This document shows, piece after piece, positions 17,529 through 28,400 of a stretch of DNA of 34,243 nt. The stretch covers positions 1 through 34,243 of the forward strand of contig JAOZKO010000001.1 in assembly GCA_029935325.1 (NCBI GenBank). The letters run 5' to 3'. Within the stretch, counting starts at the first letter, position 1. The number at the start of each line of letters is the position of its first letter. A program made the translations under genes and the position numbers. The stretch comes from Bacteroidales bacterium. Its GTDB lineage: Bacteria > Bacteroidota > Bacteroidia > Bacteroidales > UBA1556. The notes beneath the pieces were generated by a model. That model was not told the DNA's origin. It saw nothing but the letters and a program-made list of their open reading frames with translations, and ran no database searches.

Positions 17529-18632
17529 ATGAATAGAATTTTAATAATTAGCATTATTACCATACTTAATATGAGTTTTGGTATAGCACAATCTCGAACT
17601 GATTCCATAATTGAAAAATCCGAAATAAGTCTTCTTTTTATCGGTGATTTTATGGGACATCAAGATCAAATTAATGCGGCTTATGATTCCAAAACGGGGA
17701 ATTATAATTACGATTCATGCTTTCATTATATGAAACCTATATTATCAGGAGCTGATGTTAGTATAGGAAACCTGGAAGTTACATTGGGAATAAAGCCATA
17801 CTCTGGATACCCTCAATTTAGTTCTCCTCCTTCCTTTGCAAAAGCAATAGTCGATGCAGGAGTTGATATACTAGCAACAGTTAATAATCACTCTTGCGAT
17901 AAATCAAAAGCAGGATTAGAGAGAACAATTCATCTTCTAGATTCCTTTAATATTAAGCATTTAGGGACTTACTATTCTCCAGAAGACAAAGCAAATTCAT
18001 CACCATTAATGATTGAAAAAAATGGCTTTAGGATTGCGCTTTTAAGTTATACCTATGGTACAAATAGCCTTTTGCCAGTCCCTCCTAATGTTGTCAACTA
18101 TTTAGATTCAGCAGTTATTGCATCTGATATTTCAATTGCAAAACAACAGAATCCGGATTTAATAATTGCTTATGTGCATTGGGGAATTCAGTATAAGAAC
18201 CTACCTAGTAAAAGCCAAAAGCGATGGGAAAAGTATTTTAATTCCCTGGGAGTAAAAATAATTATTGGATCGCATCCGCATGTTGTACAACCTATGAAAT
18301 GGAATAAAAATGATTCCAGTTTAATAGTATATTCTTTGGGAAATTTTGTTTCACATCAGCGAACTTTTCCAAGAGATGGAGGAGCGGTTTTTGAATTACG
18401 CCTAACAAAAACAGATAATAAAGTGGAGATAGCAAAAGCATCTTATGCCTTAAGCTGGGTTTATGAACCAATTATTAAAGGGCAAAAGCAATACTTTATT
18501 CTTCCTGTAAAGGAATTTGAGAATAGACCTGATTATTTTCTTCTTAAAAAGGATTATGATAAAATGATGCGTTATGCGAGGCATGCACGTAAGCTTTTTA
18601 AGGATTATAACCTTAATGTAGAGGAGATATAA
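17529..18632 (+). CDS. CapA-family protein (PGA_cap metallophosphatase-like), secreted
   Basis: Signal peptide MNRILIISIITILNMSFGIAQS. Segments GDFMGH, GNLE, NNHSCD, VHWG and GSHPHVVQP are characteristic of the CapA/PGA_cap family. Confidence 0.8.
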   Translation: MNRILIISIITILNMSFGIAQSRTDSIIEKSEISLLFIGDFMGHQDQINAAYDSKTGNYNYDSCFHYMKPILSGADVSIGNLEVTLGIKPYSGYPQFSSPPSFAKAIVDAGVDILATVNNHSCDKSKAGLERTIHLLDSFNIKHLGTYYSPEDKANSSPLMIEKNGFRIALLSYTYGTNSLLPVPPNVVNYLDSAVIASDISIAKQQNPDLIIAYVHWGIQYKNLPSKSQKRWEKYFNSLGVKIIIGSHPHVVQPMKWNKNDSSLIVYSLGNFVSHQRTFPRDGGAVFELRLTKTDNKVEIAKASYALSWVYEPIIKGQKQYFILPVKEFENRPDYFLLKKDYDKMMRYARHARKLFKDYNLNVEEI

Positions 18633-18649
18633 ATTTTAAAATTAATTTG

Positions 18650-19198
18650 ATGGATTTCTTGGATTTAGTTAAAAAACGACAAAGTGTTAGGCGATATATT
18701 TTAGAAAGGCCTATTGAAAAGGAAAAGCTTGATAGAATTGTAGAATCTGCACGATTGGCACCATCTGCTAGTAATTCCCAGCCATGGACATTTATTGTTG
18801 TTGATGAACCTGAACTTGCCTATAAAGTTGCAGATGCCACGCGTGGTACTCTAATAGGAATTAATAAGTTTGTAGTGCAATCGCCACTGCTTATTGTTAT
18901 GATAATTGAAAAGCCAAAAATTCATACCCAAATAGGAGCAGTGCTTAAGAATAAAGAATATCCATTAATTGATATTGGAATTGCTGCTGAACATATGTGC
19001 TTACAAGCAGAAGAGGATGGTATAGGAAGTTGTATGCTTGGGTGGTTTGATGAGAAAAAGATTAAGAAACTATTGAATATTCCTAGGAAGAAAGTTGTGG
19101 GATTGGTTATTAGTTTTGGTTATGCTCCTGAAGATTATAAACTGAGGGAGAAAATCAGGAAATCAACTGAGGAGGTTGTTCGCTTTAATTCTTATTAA
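18650..19198 (+). CDS. Nitroreductase family protein
   Basis: KKRQSVRRY and RLAPSASNSQPW are typical of the FMN nitroreductase fold. The track start is TTG 18647, immediately followed by ATG 18650. Confidence 0.85.
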   Translation: MDFLDLVKKRQSVRRYILERPIEKEKLDRIVESARLAPSASNSQPWTFIVVDEPELAYKVADATRGTLIGINKFVVQSPLLIVMIIEKPKIHTQIGAVLKNKEYPLIDIGIAAEHMCLQAEEDGIGSCMLGWFDEKKIKKLLNIPRKKVVGLVISFGYAPEDYKLREKIRKSTEEVVRFNSY

Positions 19199-19240
19199 TA
19201 AAGTCTAATAAGCAGCCAATATAATTTAAAATTAAATATT

Positions 19241-19642
19241 CTAGAGACTATTAAACTCAATAGAAATTCTAGAGGCAATTTCTTCAAATTCTTCTGCTTC
19301 AAAACTAAGTTTCTTTTTACTAAAATCCATATCATAAATTGTATTAATGGGGATAATATGAATGTGAGCATGAGGTACTTCCAAGCCAATAACCGTAATT
19401 CCTATTCTTTTACAAGGAATAACTTTTTCAACAGCTAGGCCTACTTTCTTTGCAAATTTCCATAAGTCAGCATATAGTTTATCTTCTGCGTCAAGAATAT
19501 AATCTATCTCTTTTTTGGGAATCACTAAGGTATGTCCTTTTGCTAAAGGATTTATGTCTAAAAAGGCATAAAAGTCTTCAGTTTCAGCTATTTTATAGGA
19601 AGGTATTTCTCCTGCGACAATTTTAGTAAAAATAGTACTCAT
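19241..19642 (-). CDS. HIT-family (histidine triad) nucleotide hydrolase
   Basis: 133 aa with histidine triad HAHIHIIP and an N-terminal IFTKIVAGEIPSYK segment. There is a 3-bp gap after greA. Confidence 0.9.
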   Translation of the reverse strand: MSTIFTKIVAGEIPSYKIAETEDFYAFLDINPLAKGHTLVIPKKEIDYILDAEDKLYADLWKFAKKVGLAVEKVIPCKRIGITVIGLEVPHAHIHIIPINTIYDMDFSKKKLSFEAEEFEEIASRISIEFNSL

Positions 19643-19645
19643 AAT

Positions 19646-20119
19646 TTAGCGCTCTATTTTAGTAATTTCAAAATTAAGGATTCCTGCAGGTACTTTAATA
19701 TCCACAATATCACCCACTGATTTACCAAGTATTCCTTGAGCAATTGGTGAGCTTACAGAAATTTTTCCTTTTTTCAAATCAGCTTCTTTTTCAGGTACTA
19801 AAGTATAAACCATTTCCTTTTTGGAAGAAGTATTTTTGATAGTTACTTTTGATAATAATAAAGCTTTACTTATATCTATTTTTGATTCATCAATTAAGCG
19901 AGCATTTTGAACTATATCCTGTAGTTTAGCTATCTTCATTTCAAGTAATCCTTGAGCATCTTTTGCAGCATCATATTCTGCATTTTCCGATAAATCACCT
20001 TTATCTCTTGCCTCTCCTATTTGTTGTGAGATTGCTGGACGTTGAACTGAAGTCAGTTCAATTAATTCTTCCTTCAGTCTCTCCATTCCTTCTTCCGAAA
20101 AGTATTGTACGTTTGCCAT
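19646..20119 (-). CDS. greA: Transcription elongation factor GreA
   Basis: 157 aa. The N-terminal coiled coil has GDLSENAEYDAAK, and the C-terminal domain has SPIAQGILGKSVGD. Confidence 0.9.
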   Translation of the reverse strand: MANVQYFSEEGMERLKEELIELTSVQRPAISQQIGEARDKGDLSENAEYDAAKDAQGLLEMKIAKLQDIVQNARLIDESKIDISKALLLSKVTIKNTSSKKEMVYTLVPEKEADLKKGKISVSSPIAQGILGKSVGDIVDIKVPAGILNFEITKIER

Positions 20120-20224
20120 TATAATGTTTGTTAAATCTTATTATTTGTAGTGATAATATAATATAAAAAAATATTGATGTAGAAGAATTAGCTACACGCA
20201 ATATTTAGTTTATAATATTTTGAA

Positions 20225-20267
20225 TAATATAAAACAAATCAGAAGGTCGTATGACCTTCTGATTTGT
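20225..20267 (-). terminator. Rho-independent terminator closing the outer-membrane operon
   Basis: Perfect 15-bp stem (20234-20248 pairs with 20253-20267) and a 4-nt loop. The minus strand follows with TTTATATT. It lies 38 bp after the stop at 20305. Confidence 0.7.
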
Positions 20268-20304
20268 GGGTGCAAAAATAATAAAAATATTTTAATTACA
20301 TCAA

Positions 20305-21357
20305 TTATAGATGTAGTCGCACTCCTATACTGTGAGATCCTGCAAAAGGATTTGAGGATTGGTATGCATAATCAATTGAAAAGCCACCTTCTTCACCTTT
20401 TTTAAATGGTGCTCCAATAGAAACTCCTGCTGAGAAACCTGTAAGTGCTGTCATTCGCATGGCATCATCTAAAAGACCATTTTCATATACATAACCAGCT
20501 CGTAGAATTAGATATTTACTCCACTTAAACTCCATACCAACAGCATGCTGATCGTTGGTAAATGAGTTGGATGTAAATGTATATGCTGGTGTTAATGTAG
20601 ATTTATCATTTAGATAAAAATCATAGGAAGCTCCAATTCTAATTAGTGAAGGAAGTTCAAAACCTGCTGATCGCTGCTCTACAGTCATTGCGTTAGCTTG
20701 ACCAGGAACAAAACCTCTAAAAGACATTCCATCTCCAGTATATTTCATGTTTGGTCCAACATTCTTCAGCGCAACACCAAATTTAATTTGATCACGCTTT
20801 CCTGAGATATATTGAATTCCAGCATCAATAGCAACAGTTGAAGCCTTAGTATCAGAAGTTGATTCGCTGACTATTTTAACATTCACACCACCGTAAATAC
20901 TATTAGAAAATGATTTTGCATAGGATAAATTCACATTACTCTGCTTAGGAGAGAATGTTCCTATTCCACCTTCTGGCTGATCCACAGTTGTGATATCAAT
21001 ATCTCCATGTGAGATTGATACTACTGAAAGCCCTATTACACCACCATTTTCGCCTATTTTTTGGGTTAATCCAAATGCTGCAATATTTGTTCCACTACCT
21101 TTTAACCATGTGGTATTTGCAAATATAATTTCAGTTGAACGTGTATGTGCAGTACCTGCAACATTCAGAAATTGTGCTTCTAAACCTTGTGCATAAGCTG
21201 AATTTGCTCCTCCTAATCCACTACTTCTTGCCCATGGATTAATCAGAAGTTGACCAGCTCCGGCCTCTCCAGCACGATCCTTATTGCCTGCATAGCTTTC
21301 ACCTAATACAAGGGTTAGCACTAGGCTCATTATCAAAATTTTATATACTTTTCTCAT
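20305..21357 (-). CDS. PorV/PorQ-family-like outer membrane beta-barrel (FadL-like)
   Basis: The signal peptide is MRKVYKILIMSLVLTLVLGESYA. The N-terminal segment AGEAGAGQLLINPWARSSGLGGANSAYAQGLEAQFLNVAG follows the PorV/PorQ pattern (hydrophobic-LI..ARs.G.GG...A, then a NPAG-like turn). Alternating beta-strand character runs throughout, but the protein ends in GVRLHL rather than a terminal aromatic residue. No search was run. Confidence 0.5.
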   Translation of the reverse strand: MRKVYKILIMSLVLTLVLGESYAGNKDRAGEAGAGQLLINPWARSSGLGGANSAYAQGLEAQFLNVAGTAHTRSTEIIFANTTWLKGSGTNIAAFGLTQKIGENGGVIGLSVVSISHGDIDITTVDQPEGGIGTFSPKQSNVNLSYAKSFSNSIYGGVNVKIVSESTSDTKASTVAIDAGIQYISGKRDQIKFGVALKNVGPNMKYTGDGMSFRGFVPGQANAMTVEQRSAGFELPSLIRIGASYDFYLNDKSTLTPAYTFTSNSFTNDQHAVGMEFKWSKYLILRAGYVYENGLLDDAMRMTALTGFSAGVSIGAPFKKGEEGGFSIDYAYQSSNPFAGSHSIGVRLHL

Positions 21358-21384
21358 TATATGATATGTTTTTGATTTTCTTAA

Positions 21385-24300
21385 TTAAAATGCATTTAAA
21401 TCAACTGGGCGTAAAACGCCAAACCACTTAATAACTTTCTCCCCAATATTAGGAGCATCTATATGGATATAGTAAACTCCACTTGCGATTGGAATATTAG
21501 CAGCGTTCTTTAAATCCCAATCAAGATAAGTATCAGTCTCATCTTTCTTATATCGTCTAACCAATACTCCATTAGTAGAATATATACTGATAGTACAGCG
21601 CTCAGGAAGGTTTGTTATTCTTACTCTATTATCTAACTGATCTGTTTCGTAGGCTGAAAAAGCATAGTACGGATTAGGTACTGCACGTATTATATCTAAT
21701 GCGCTTTCTGCAGTTGCTAAATCACCTGTAATAGTTGCTATATTATCAGTATTAAATGAATATGCTGGGTAATTACTATTGTATTCGCTACTAGTTACTG
21801 TAGAATTTAATTTATTCCATATGGCTTTTTGGTAAGAATAATTAACTCGTAATCTTACCCATGCATCGTTTTGAAGCCATTCTTCACCTGCAACTGCCAT
21901 TGGAATACTTACCCACATTATTTCTCGGTGTACTTGCATTAAAGTAATACTATTTGGACTTCCTTTCAATTTACCATATAGCCACTTACCACTATCGTAA
22001 GCTGGACATCCATTTGTTTCAGGTGAGTGACGAAGAATATAAAGGAAGTGCTTACCACCCATTAGAGGTGAACCAAGATTGGTTGAATAATTTGAAGTTG
22101 GATTAAACTGCATATCACGTCCGTTTTCACCATTTAGCCATGATGATTCACCGTACATAATATTTAGTCTTTCGCCGCTTTCTACGCTAATTGCGTATCC
22201 AGGGAACCAACCCATACCTTTCTCAGCAATATAATTTGCTACATTTTCATTATTGGGGTCATCACCACTGCCATCAGCGGCAAACTTTCCGTCTTTGTCT
22301 ATGGAATTAGAAGCACGTAATTGGAATTTATTACGATTCCCCTCACTTACAACAGCATCATCACCAGTTTCTAATACTACACAGCGTGTCCATTTTGATT
22401 TGTCAGAAGTAAAAATAACATCAACACTTTCTGTTATAGAGATTTTATAGCTAGTATGAGTGGGAGTTCCTGCAGGTCCATTTTCAAATTTTGAAACTAA
22501 ACGATATGGAGCCCATGTTCCACCAATTAATTTTTCATAAATCTCATTAGGATCTATCCAACTAGTAGGGTCATAATCATTATGGAATGCCTTGGCATTA
22601 TCATCAACACTACCTGCCCTAATCCAGTTAAATGGACTTGGAGTACTAGGATCTAAATCAGGAGCACCATCAACATCAGGAAAGCCTGTAAGCCAACGAT
22701 GTGAACTATCTTGGTAAATTAATTCAGAAGAAATATAGCCATTGGTTTCAAGGTCAACATCTCCTGCTCCTTTATTTTGCTGAATCTGAATACTTAAACC
22801 TTCGTCAAGGAATAATTGCTCATTCCCAAGCTCAATTGTTGCATTTGAAGTAGTAATAGAATCTCCATTTTTATATAGTACCCAATTAGCAGTATCAATA
22901 CTACCTGCTGCTTCAAACTTTAATATATATTCAGCATTTTCTACATTTAGAGGGTCAATTACTTTAACATTAATTGGACCTGCTCCATTCATATATTCAA
23001 TCTTCTCAACTTGATTTTCAGCTATAATTCGCGCCTTAGTTGCGGGTGTTAATTCTAAATCCATTCCACCATTACCACGACCATCAAGACGTGTAATCAT
23101 AGGTCCTGTGCCAAATTCAGAATTTACAATTGTACCACTACCTTCTGGATTAGGAATATGTGGCATTAAAGTGTGAATTTTAATAGGGCCAATAGCTGAC
23201 TTACGCCCTGCTAAATACCTTCTTTTCTGTCCATATAGTCCGTTTAAAGTATTTGGATCTTGTGAATATGGCAGATAATTATTGTGAGAGTATGCTATTG
23301 CAACAAAATAATATTTCTTATTATTTACTAATCGTGGATTACCACTAGCAAATTCATCTTCAGTAATTTTAAATGAATGGCGAATTCCTTGATTTTCGGC
23401 TTCTACCTTTAATTCAGGAACATTACCACCAAGCTTTTCATTATATACATAATTAATAAGGTTCTCAACAGTATCTTTTAAATCACATTGTGCAATTATA
23501 CGTGCTTTGTCAGGATCATTCAAATCAGCCAAAGAAACTTCATCATTTGCTAATTGGTAAATTTGATATCCTTGGAAGTGATATAGAGGATCATAATTTG
23601 TTGTATCATTATTTAGAGCTGAAATAGTAACATCCTCTTCAGTATAATCCTCATTGGCATTATTTGAAGACTCAATATTCTTTAAATAAATAATAATAGT
23701 TTTATCTAATTCTTGTGCCAATATCTCAGGAGCATCAGGGCCATCAAGTACTTTAAAGCAGTTATCAAATAATGCTTGAGCTTTATCATCAACCTGACGT
23801 AATAAAGTAACTGAAGCAAAAGGACCTCCTGTAGAAGAGCGTGCCCAAGGAATACCAACAGTAATATAATTTATTGCACCAGATTCCAATGTAAATTCAC
23901 CAGCAGATTGCATAAATCGGCGATCACCAGGTGCATTGTTTGAGGTTTCTTCTGTCCATTTTTTAGGGCTAGGAGTTACTCCTCCTGTTCCCCAATCACA
24001 AGGGTCAGTTAAATCAGGAAACATAAAATCACATTCCGGACCACCAGTATTATGTGCATCACCACCATAGGTCATTCTTGTTCCATCTTTCCATATTCCA
24101 CGTAAAAATTGGTAATATTCTGGGGCTAATGTAGGGTCTTGAGTTGCTGATGTTCCAAATGGAGGTCTATTATGATAAACGAACTTTCTCATACCGAATC
24201 TTTCGTTGTCTATAATTGTATCGCCAAAGTTAACACCATTAATACTTTCATCACATATTTGATCGCCATTGGCATCGTATTTCGGATTGTCTATTCCATC

Positions 24301-25419
24301 ATTGTCCATATAAGGTCCTTGGAAAAAATCTACACCAATTGCAGGTGGCTGTGCACCATAATCTTGGGGTCTGCCTAAGCCATCAATAGCTGTTCCATTA
24401 TAGCAATAACCTAAACCACGTTGTACATCACAACCTACATAATCATCGTCAGAATAACCTAAATCAGTATCTACCCACTGACTAAAATATGTATTAGTTA
24501 ATCTAAATGTGGAGCGATTTATAATTTCATAAGTATAAAAGGTCATATTATTAATCTCATCATTGGTAGTAAAAGAAAAAGCTTGAGCTCTAATTTCAAC
24601 ACCAATAGCATTACCCTTTGTTTCAGAGTGTATATTGCCATTATCATTAAATACCCACCAAATTGTTTGGTCACCTTTAAGTACGGCATCAGCTAATATT
24701 CCACCTTCAGGAGTTTTTTCGTAGTAATAATCACCAGCGGCATTCTTTGTGGGCTTACATAATTTGTTTCCAATATCGTAATATGGGTATTCGCCTTGTT
24801 CCCATTCATATACGCCATTTCCATTCAAATCAACAAATGGAGCTAGCCATTGGCTTTGTCCTAAAGAAACATCACCATTTGCAGGCCAATCTTTAATAAT
24901 GTCTGGTACGGCATAATCTGGATAGTCTGAATTATTATATTTCAAAATAAAATTATCCACCTTTTCTCTAGTAATTACAAAGTGCTCATCGTACTCATCG
25001 CAAATTTCAGCAGTAATACTTGCTTTACCATCTACGGTTAAAGGTCCTGGCCAATAGTCATTTCCACTTCCTCGGTAACGCTGAAAGGCTCCTTTTAACT
25101 GGCCATTAACATCAGTGCCACCTAACCATAATGAGGCAGAGAACATTGATGTTTTGGATGAACCTCTGGGGATTTCATACTGAGCAAGACCTTGCAAATC
25201 CCACCACATATCGCCACCAGTATTTATACGAGCTCTAACATTGTTAAGGTTTAATTCAGTTGATGCTTTGGCAGGTAGGCAGCCTGCAGCACCTGTGCGT
25301 GTACTATTTGAACTAGTTCTAGCGCCACTTTTTACCCCTTGGATATTTCTAGCGAAAGTTACGCTAGAGATTAAGGAGGCGACTAATATTAGCGCGAATA
25401 TATTTATAAATCTCTTCAT
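21385..25419 (-). CDS. Large secreted protein of unknown function with T9SS-type C-terminal sorting domain
   Basis: 1344 aa. The signal peptide MKRFINIFALILVASLISSVTFA has no lipobox. There are Asp/Asn/Gly-rich loops. The last ~95 aa resemble a type-A T9SS CTD (AVPNPYY, CTISIYSTNGVLVRRY, IASGVYYIHIDAP, KVIKWFGVL). Confidence 0.6.
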   Translation of the reverse strand: MKRFINIFALILVASLISSVTFARNIQGVKSGARTSSNSTRTGAAGCLPAKASTELNLNNVRARINTGGDMWWDLQGLAQYEIPRGSSKTSMFSASLWLGGTDVNGQLKGAFQRYRGSGNDYWPGPLTVDGKASITAEICDEYDEHFVITREKVDNFILKYNNSDYPDYAVPDIIKDWPANGDVSLGQSQWLAPFVDLNGNGVYEWEQGEYPYYDIGNKLCKPTKNAAGDYYYEKTPEGGILADAVLKGDQTIWWVFNDNGNIHSETKGNAIGVEIRAQAFSFTTNDEINNMTFYTYEIINRSTFRLTNTYFSQWVDTDLGYSDDDYVGCDVQRGLGYCYNGTAIDGLGRPQDYGAQPPAIGVDFFQGPYMDNDGIDNPKYDANGDQICDESINGVNFGDTIIDNERFGMRKFVYHNRPPFGTSATQDPTLAPEYYQFLRGIWKDGTRMTYGGDAHNTGGPECDFMFPDLTDPCDWGTGGVTPSPKKWTEETSNNAPGDRRFMQSAGEFTLESGAINYITVGIPWARSSTGGPFASVTLLRQVDDKAQALFDNCFKVLDGPDAPEILAQELDKTIIIYLKNIESSNNANEDYTEEDVTISALNNDTTNYDPLYHFQGYQIYQLANDEVSLADLNDPDKARIIAQCDLKDTVENLINYVYNEKLGGNVPELKVEAENQGIRHSFKITEDEFASGNPRLVNNKKYYFVAIAYSHNNYLPYSQDPNTLNGLYGQKRRYLAGRKSAIGPIKIHTLMPHIPNPEGSGTIVNSEFGTGPMITRLDGRGNGGMDLELTPATKARIIAENQVEKIEYMNGAGPINVKVIDPLNVENAEYILKFEAAGSIDTANWVLYKNGDSITTSNATIELGNEQLFLDEGLSIQIQQNKGAGDVDLETNGYISSELIYQDSSHRWLTGFPDVDGAPDLDPSTPSPFNWIRAGSVDDNAKAFHNDYDPTSWIDPNEIYEKLIGGTWAPYRLVSKFENGPAGTPTHTSYKISITESVDVIFTSDKSKWTRCVVLETGDDAVVSEGNRNKFQLRASNSIDKDGKFAADGSGDDPNNENVANYIAEKGMGWFPGYAISVESGERLNIMYGESSWLNGENGRDMQFNPTSNYSTNLGSPLMGGKHFLYILRHSPETNGCPAYDSGKWLYGKLKGSPNSITLMQVHREIMWVSIPMAVAGEEWLQNDAWVRLRVNYSYQKAIWNKLNSTVTSSEYNSNYPAYSFNTDNIATITGDLATAESALDIIRAVPNPYYAFSAYETDQLDNRVRITNLPERCTISIYSTNGVLVRRYKKDETDTYLDWDLKNAANIPIASGVYYIHIDAPNIGEKVIKWFGVLRPVDLNAF

Positions 25420-25443
25420 AATTGAAATATTATTTGTTCCGTT

Positions 25444-28400
25444 TTAGAAGTTAAAGATTACACCGATTCTAATTCTTCGGGGTAAACTATAATTATAGGG
25501 ATTATTAATTTTTGTTGAATATAAGTCAATAAATGACTGTGGGTCATTCTTAGCATATATTGAAGACTGATGCTCTGCCGCTGATAAATATCCATCATCA
25601 TCAGGATTACCAGTATAACGATATACACCCATTACATTTCTTGAATCAAGGACATTAAGTACTTGTAGATATACATTTAAGTAATGGTAGTTTTTGCCCT
25701 TGCCTTTTAAGTATATATCACGGTCTAATTTCAAGTCCATTCTAAACTGCCATGGCAAACGAGAACCGTTTAGTGAACCATCTAATACAGGTTGTCCACC
25801 TCCGAGTAATGCACTAGTGATATTACTTTGGCGGCTATATGGCAAACCAGAACCTCCCATAAATGTAACATTAAGTCCAGTATTTTCTAAAATTCTAACT
25901 ACTTTAACCTTGTCAGTACCTTTTACTTTACGGGTAAATGTTGGTCCATTATATGCTTTCCCTCTACCATATCGGTAATCCGTAATTACATTAATAGTAT
26001 GGTTACGATCTTGATTAATTGGGCTTAGAGTACGTAGGTTAGGCTGTCCTGATGTTACTAAATTAATACCTGATGTAGCACTTGAACCAGTTGCATTAGC
26101 AAATTGTAAAGTATAGCTAACTTTTAACCAAAGGTTCTTAGTACGACGCAAGTCGTAAGCTAGGGTAACCCCCTTTGCAGTACCAAAGTCAATATTATTA
26201 TATGAAATATAAGAAACAGGATAAGCACTTGTATAACGGAATGCTTGAATCTGATCTCTAAACTCGCGATAGTAAGCTGAGAATTTTAATGATGATGATT
26301 TTGAAAGTTTCTGTTGGAAACCTAATTCATAATCGGTTGTTCTTTCAGGCTTAAGATTAGGGTTATTAATTACTCCATTTCCTACTTGATCAATAAAGTA
26401 GTAGTTAATCATAGGTATTCTATTATTTCCTGTTGGACGTGAAGTTAATACGTCGTAATGAGCAAAGAATAATGCTTCATCAGAAATAGGGAATGAGAAT
26501 GATATACGTGGAGAAATAGTATTTTGTGGAGTATAGTCTTCAAAAGCAGAAGGTTTTAACTCTTTTTCATCTGGATTAACTAGATAAGGAGCAATTCCTG
26601 ATGCAGTTTGTAATACAGTAGGATCAGAAATTTCAGTTCCCTGAGCATTGTACCAACGACTTCCGTCACGATAACCAACAATAGCAGTAGGATTATCAAT
26701 ATCGTTAACATATACTACATAATCTTCTTCCATATTACTAGGAATAGATCCTAAATTAGGATTGGTGATTTCTTTTACTGTTTTAGCTTCAGAGAATAAA
26801 AACGGGTCTTTAAGTACTTTCTGGTTTGCATCAAAGCGGTCGAAACGTACACCTATTGTGAAAATCAAATCTTTGAAAGCAAATTTATCTTGAATATAAC
26901 CTGCCATATAAATTGGCTCATAAGCTCCTACAGTCCTAGTATAATTACCATCACTATTAATCTCATTAAAGAAATCTTCAAAAGCTGGTTTACCTTCAAT
27001 TTTGTTTCCATAAGGATCATATCCATAATAGAAAACATAAGGACTACCACTATTTAGTAACTCATCAACACTAAACATATCAACACTAAAAGTTGAAGGG
27101 TCATAACTATCTAAATCTATCCACTCTAATCCATCAACTGGTAAGCCTAGCTTTGTTCTTAGTTGTTTATCAAAATAAGCTTGTGTATTACCATCATATA
27201 AGCGGTTATACTCAATAGTATCCTGAAAAATACCTGAAGCATCACTTATAAGAATAGGATTAGCAAAATCTAATTGCTCAATATGACGGTTAGTAATACC
27301 TCTCATAAGAGTCCATAGTCCTGCAGGATTATATCCATAACCAGTTTCTTTTCGTTGCTCGTATTGGATACCAAATTGAATTTCGTGATTTCCAATATCA
27401 GCAGAACCATTTGCATTAATTCCGAAACGAGAATTGTCGAAATTACTAAATGCATTATAAGGAGTGCCTGTATTGGCATATAAACCATAAACATTTTCGG
27501 GAAATTGACCATTAAGCAATGCTCCACCATTTTGAACAGTTAATGCGTTTCTATAAAAACGATCATCTTCATAAAGATTGTAATATTGGTCAGTATAATT
27601 ACTTAGGTTTGGATTTATTTCTGATCTTTCAAAAGCATATAGAGTATCGAGGAAACCGTTTTGTACATATACATTGTTTAATCCTGTTACGGTATCTTCT
27701 CCAAGCTCATAGGACTTAACTGAATGTGTAGTAAATTTACCAACATATCCATAATTAAAAATATTGTCACCATGTAGTGGGTTATATGTTTTTGCTGTTG
27801 TTCTAGAGTAGTCGGCTTGAATACTATAATAAACATTTTTTACAACTGATCTACTATCTTTAGCGGTAGGGAAACGCTGTGTAAACTTACCATAAACACG
27901 CCAAGTATTATTAATACGTTCACCATTATTCTCAGGATTATATAAGGTGTTACTCATTGACCATAATGAGCGTTTTCCCCAAATAAACTGACCACCAAAA
28001 GTAAGATTAGTATTATCAGTAGTACGCACATCAATTTTTCCAGAGAAATTAGCACTCATTGATTCTGCATTTATCCGAGTATGGTTATTAACCAAATCAT
28101 CAGAATAAACATATTCTGAATTAGGGAATGAACCAAAGCCAGTTCCTGAAGGACGTACTGGATTATTTCTAAGATATTCTAGTTTTTCATCATTTACCTG
28201 ATAAGTACCTATAGAAGCAGGAGAGCCATCTCTATTATAATTACCCTCACCAGATATAAAGAAACCTAGAAGTGAAGTAGATTTTGTAGAGTCTTTGCCT
28301 TTAATAAGTGGCCCTTGTACACTAAATCCAATAAGATTGTAACCATATCCATCAAGTAATTCGGAAGTAACAACTTCAACTCCGGCACCAAAAGTACGAG

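Noticed and set aside
21385-25419. Calling the 1344-aa protein PorU because it precedes a PorV-like gene
   Set aside because: The size and gene order fit porU-porV. However, I could not find the C25 peptidase His-Gly and catalytic Cys segments or any PorU-like N-terminal pattern, and the sequence looks like a different family.
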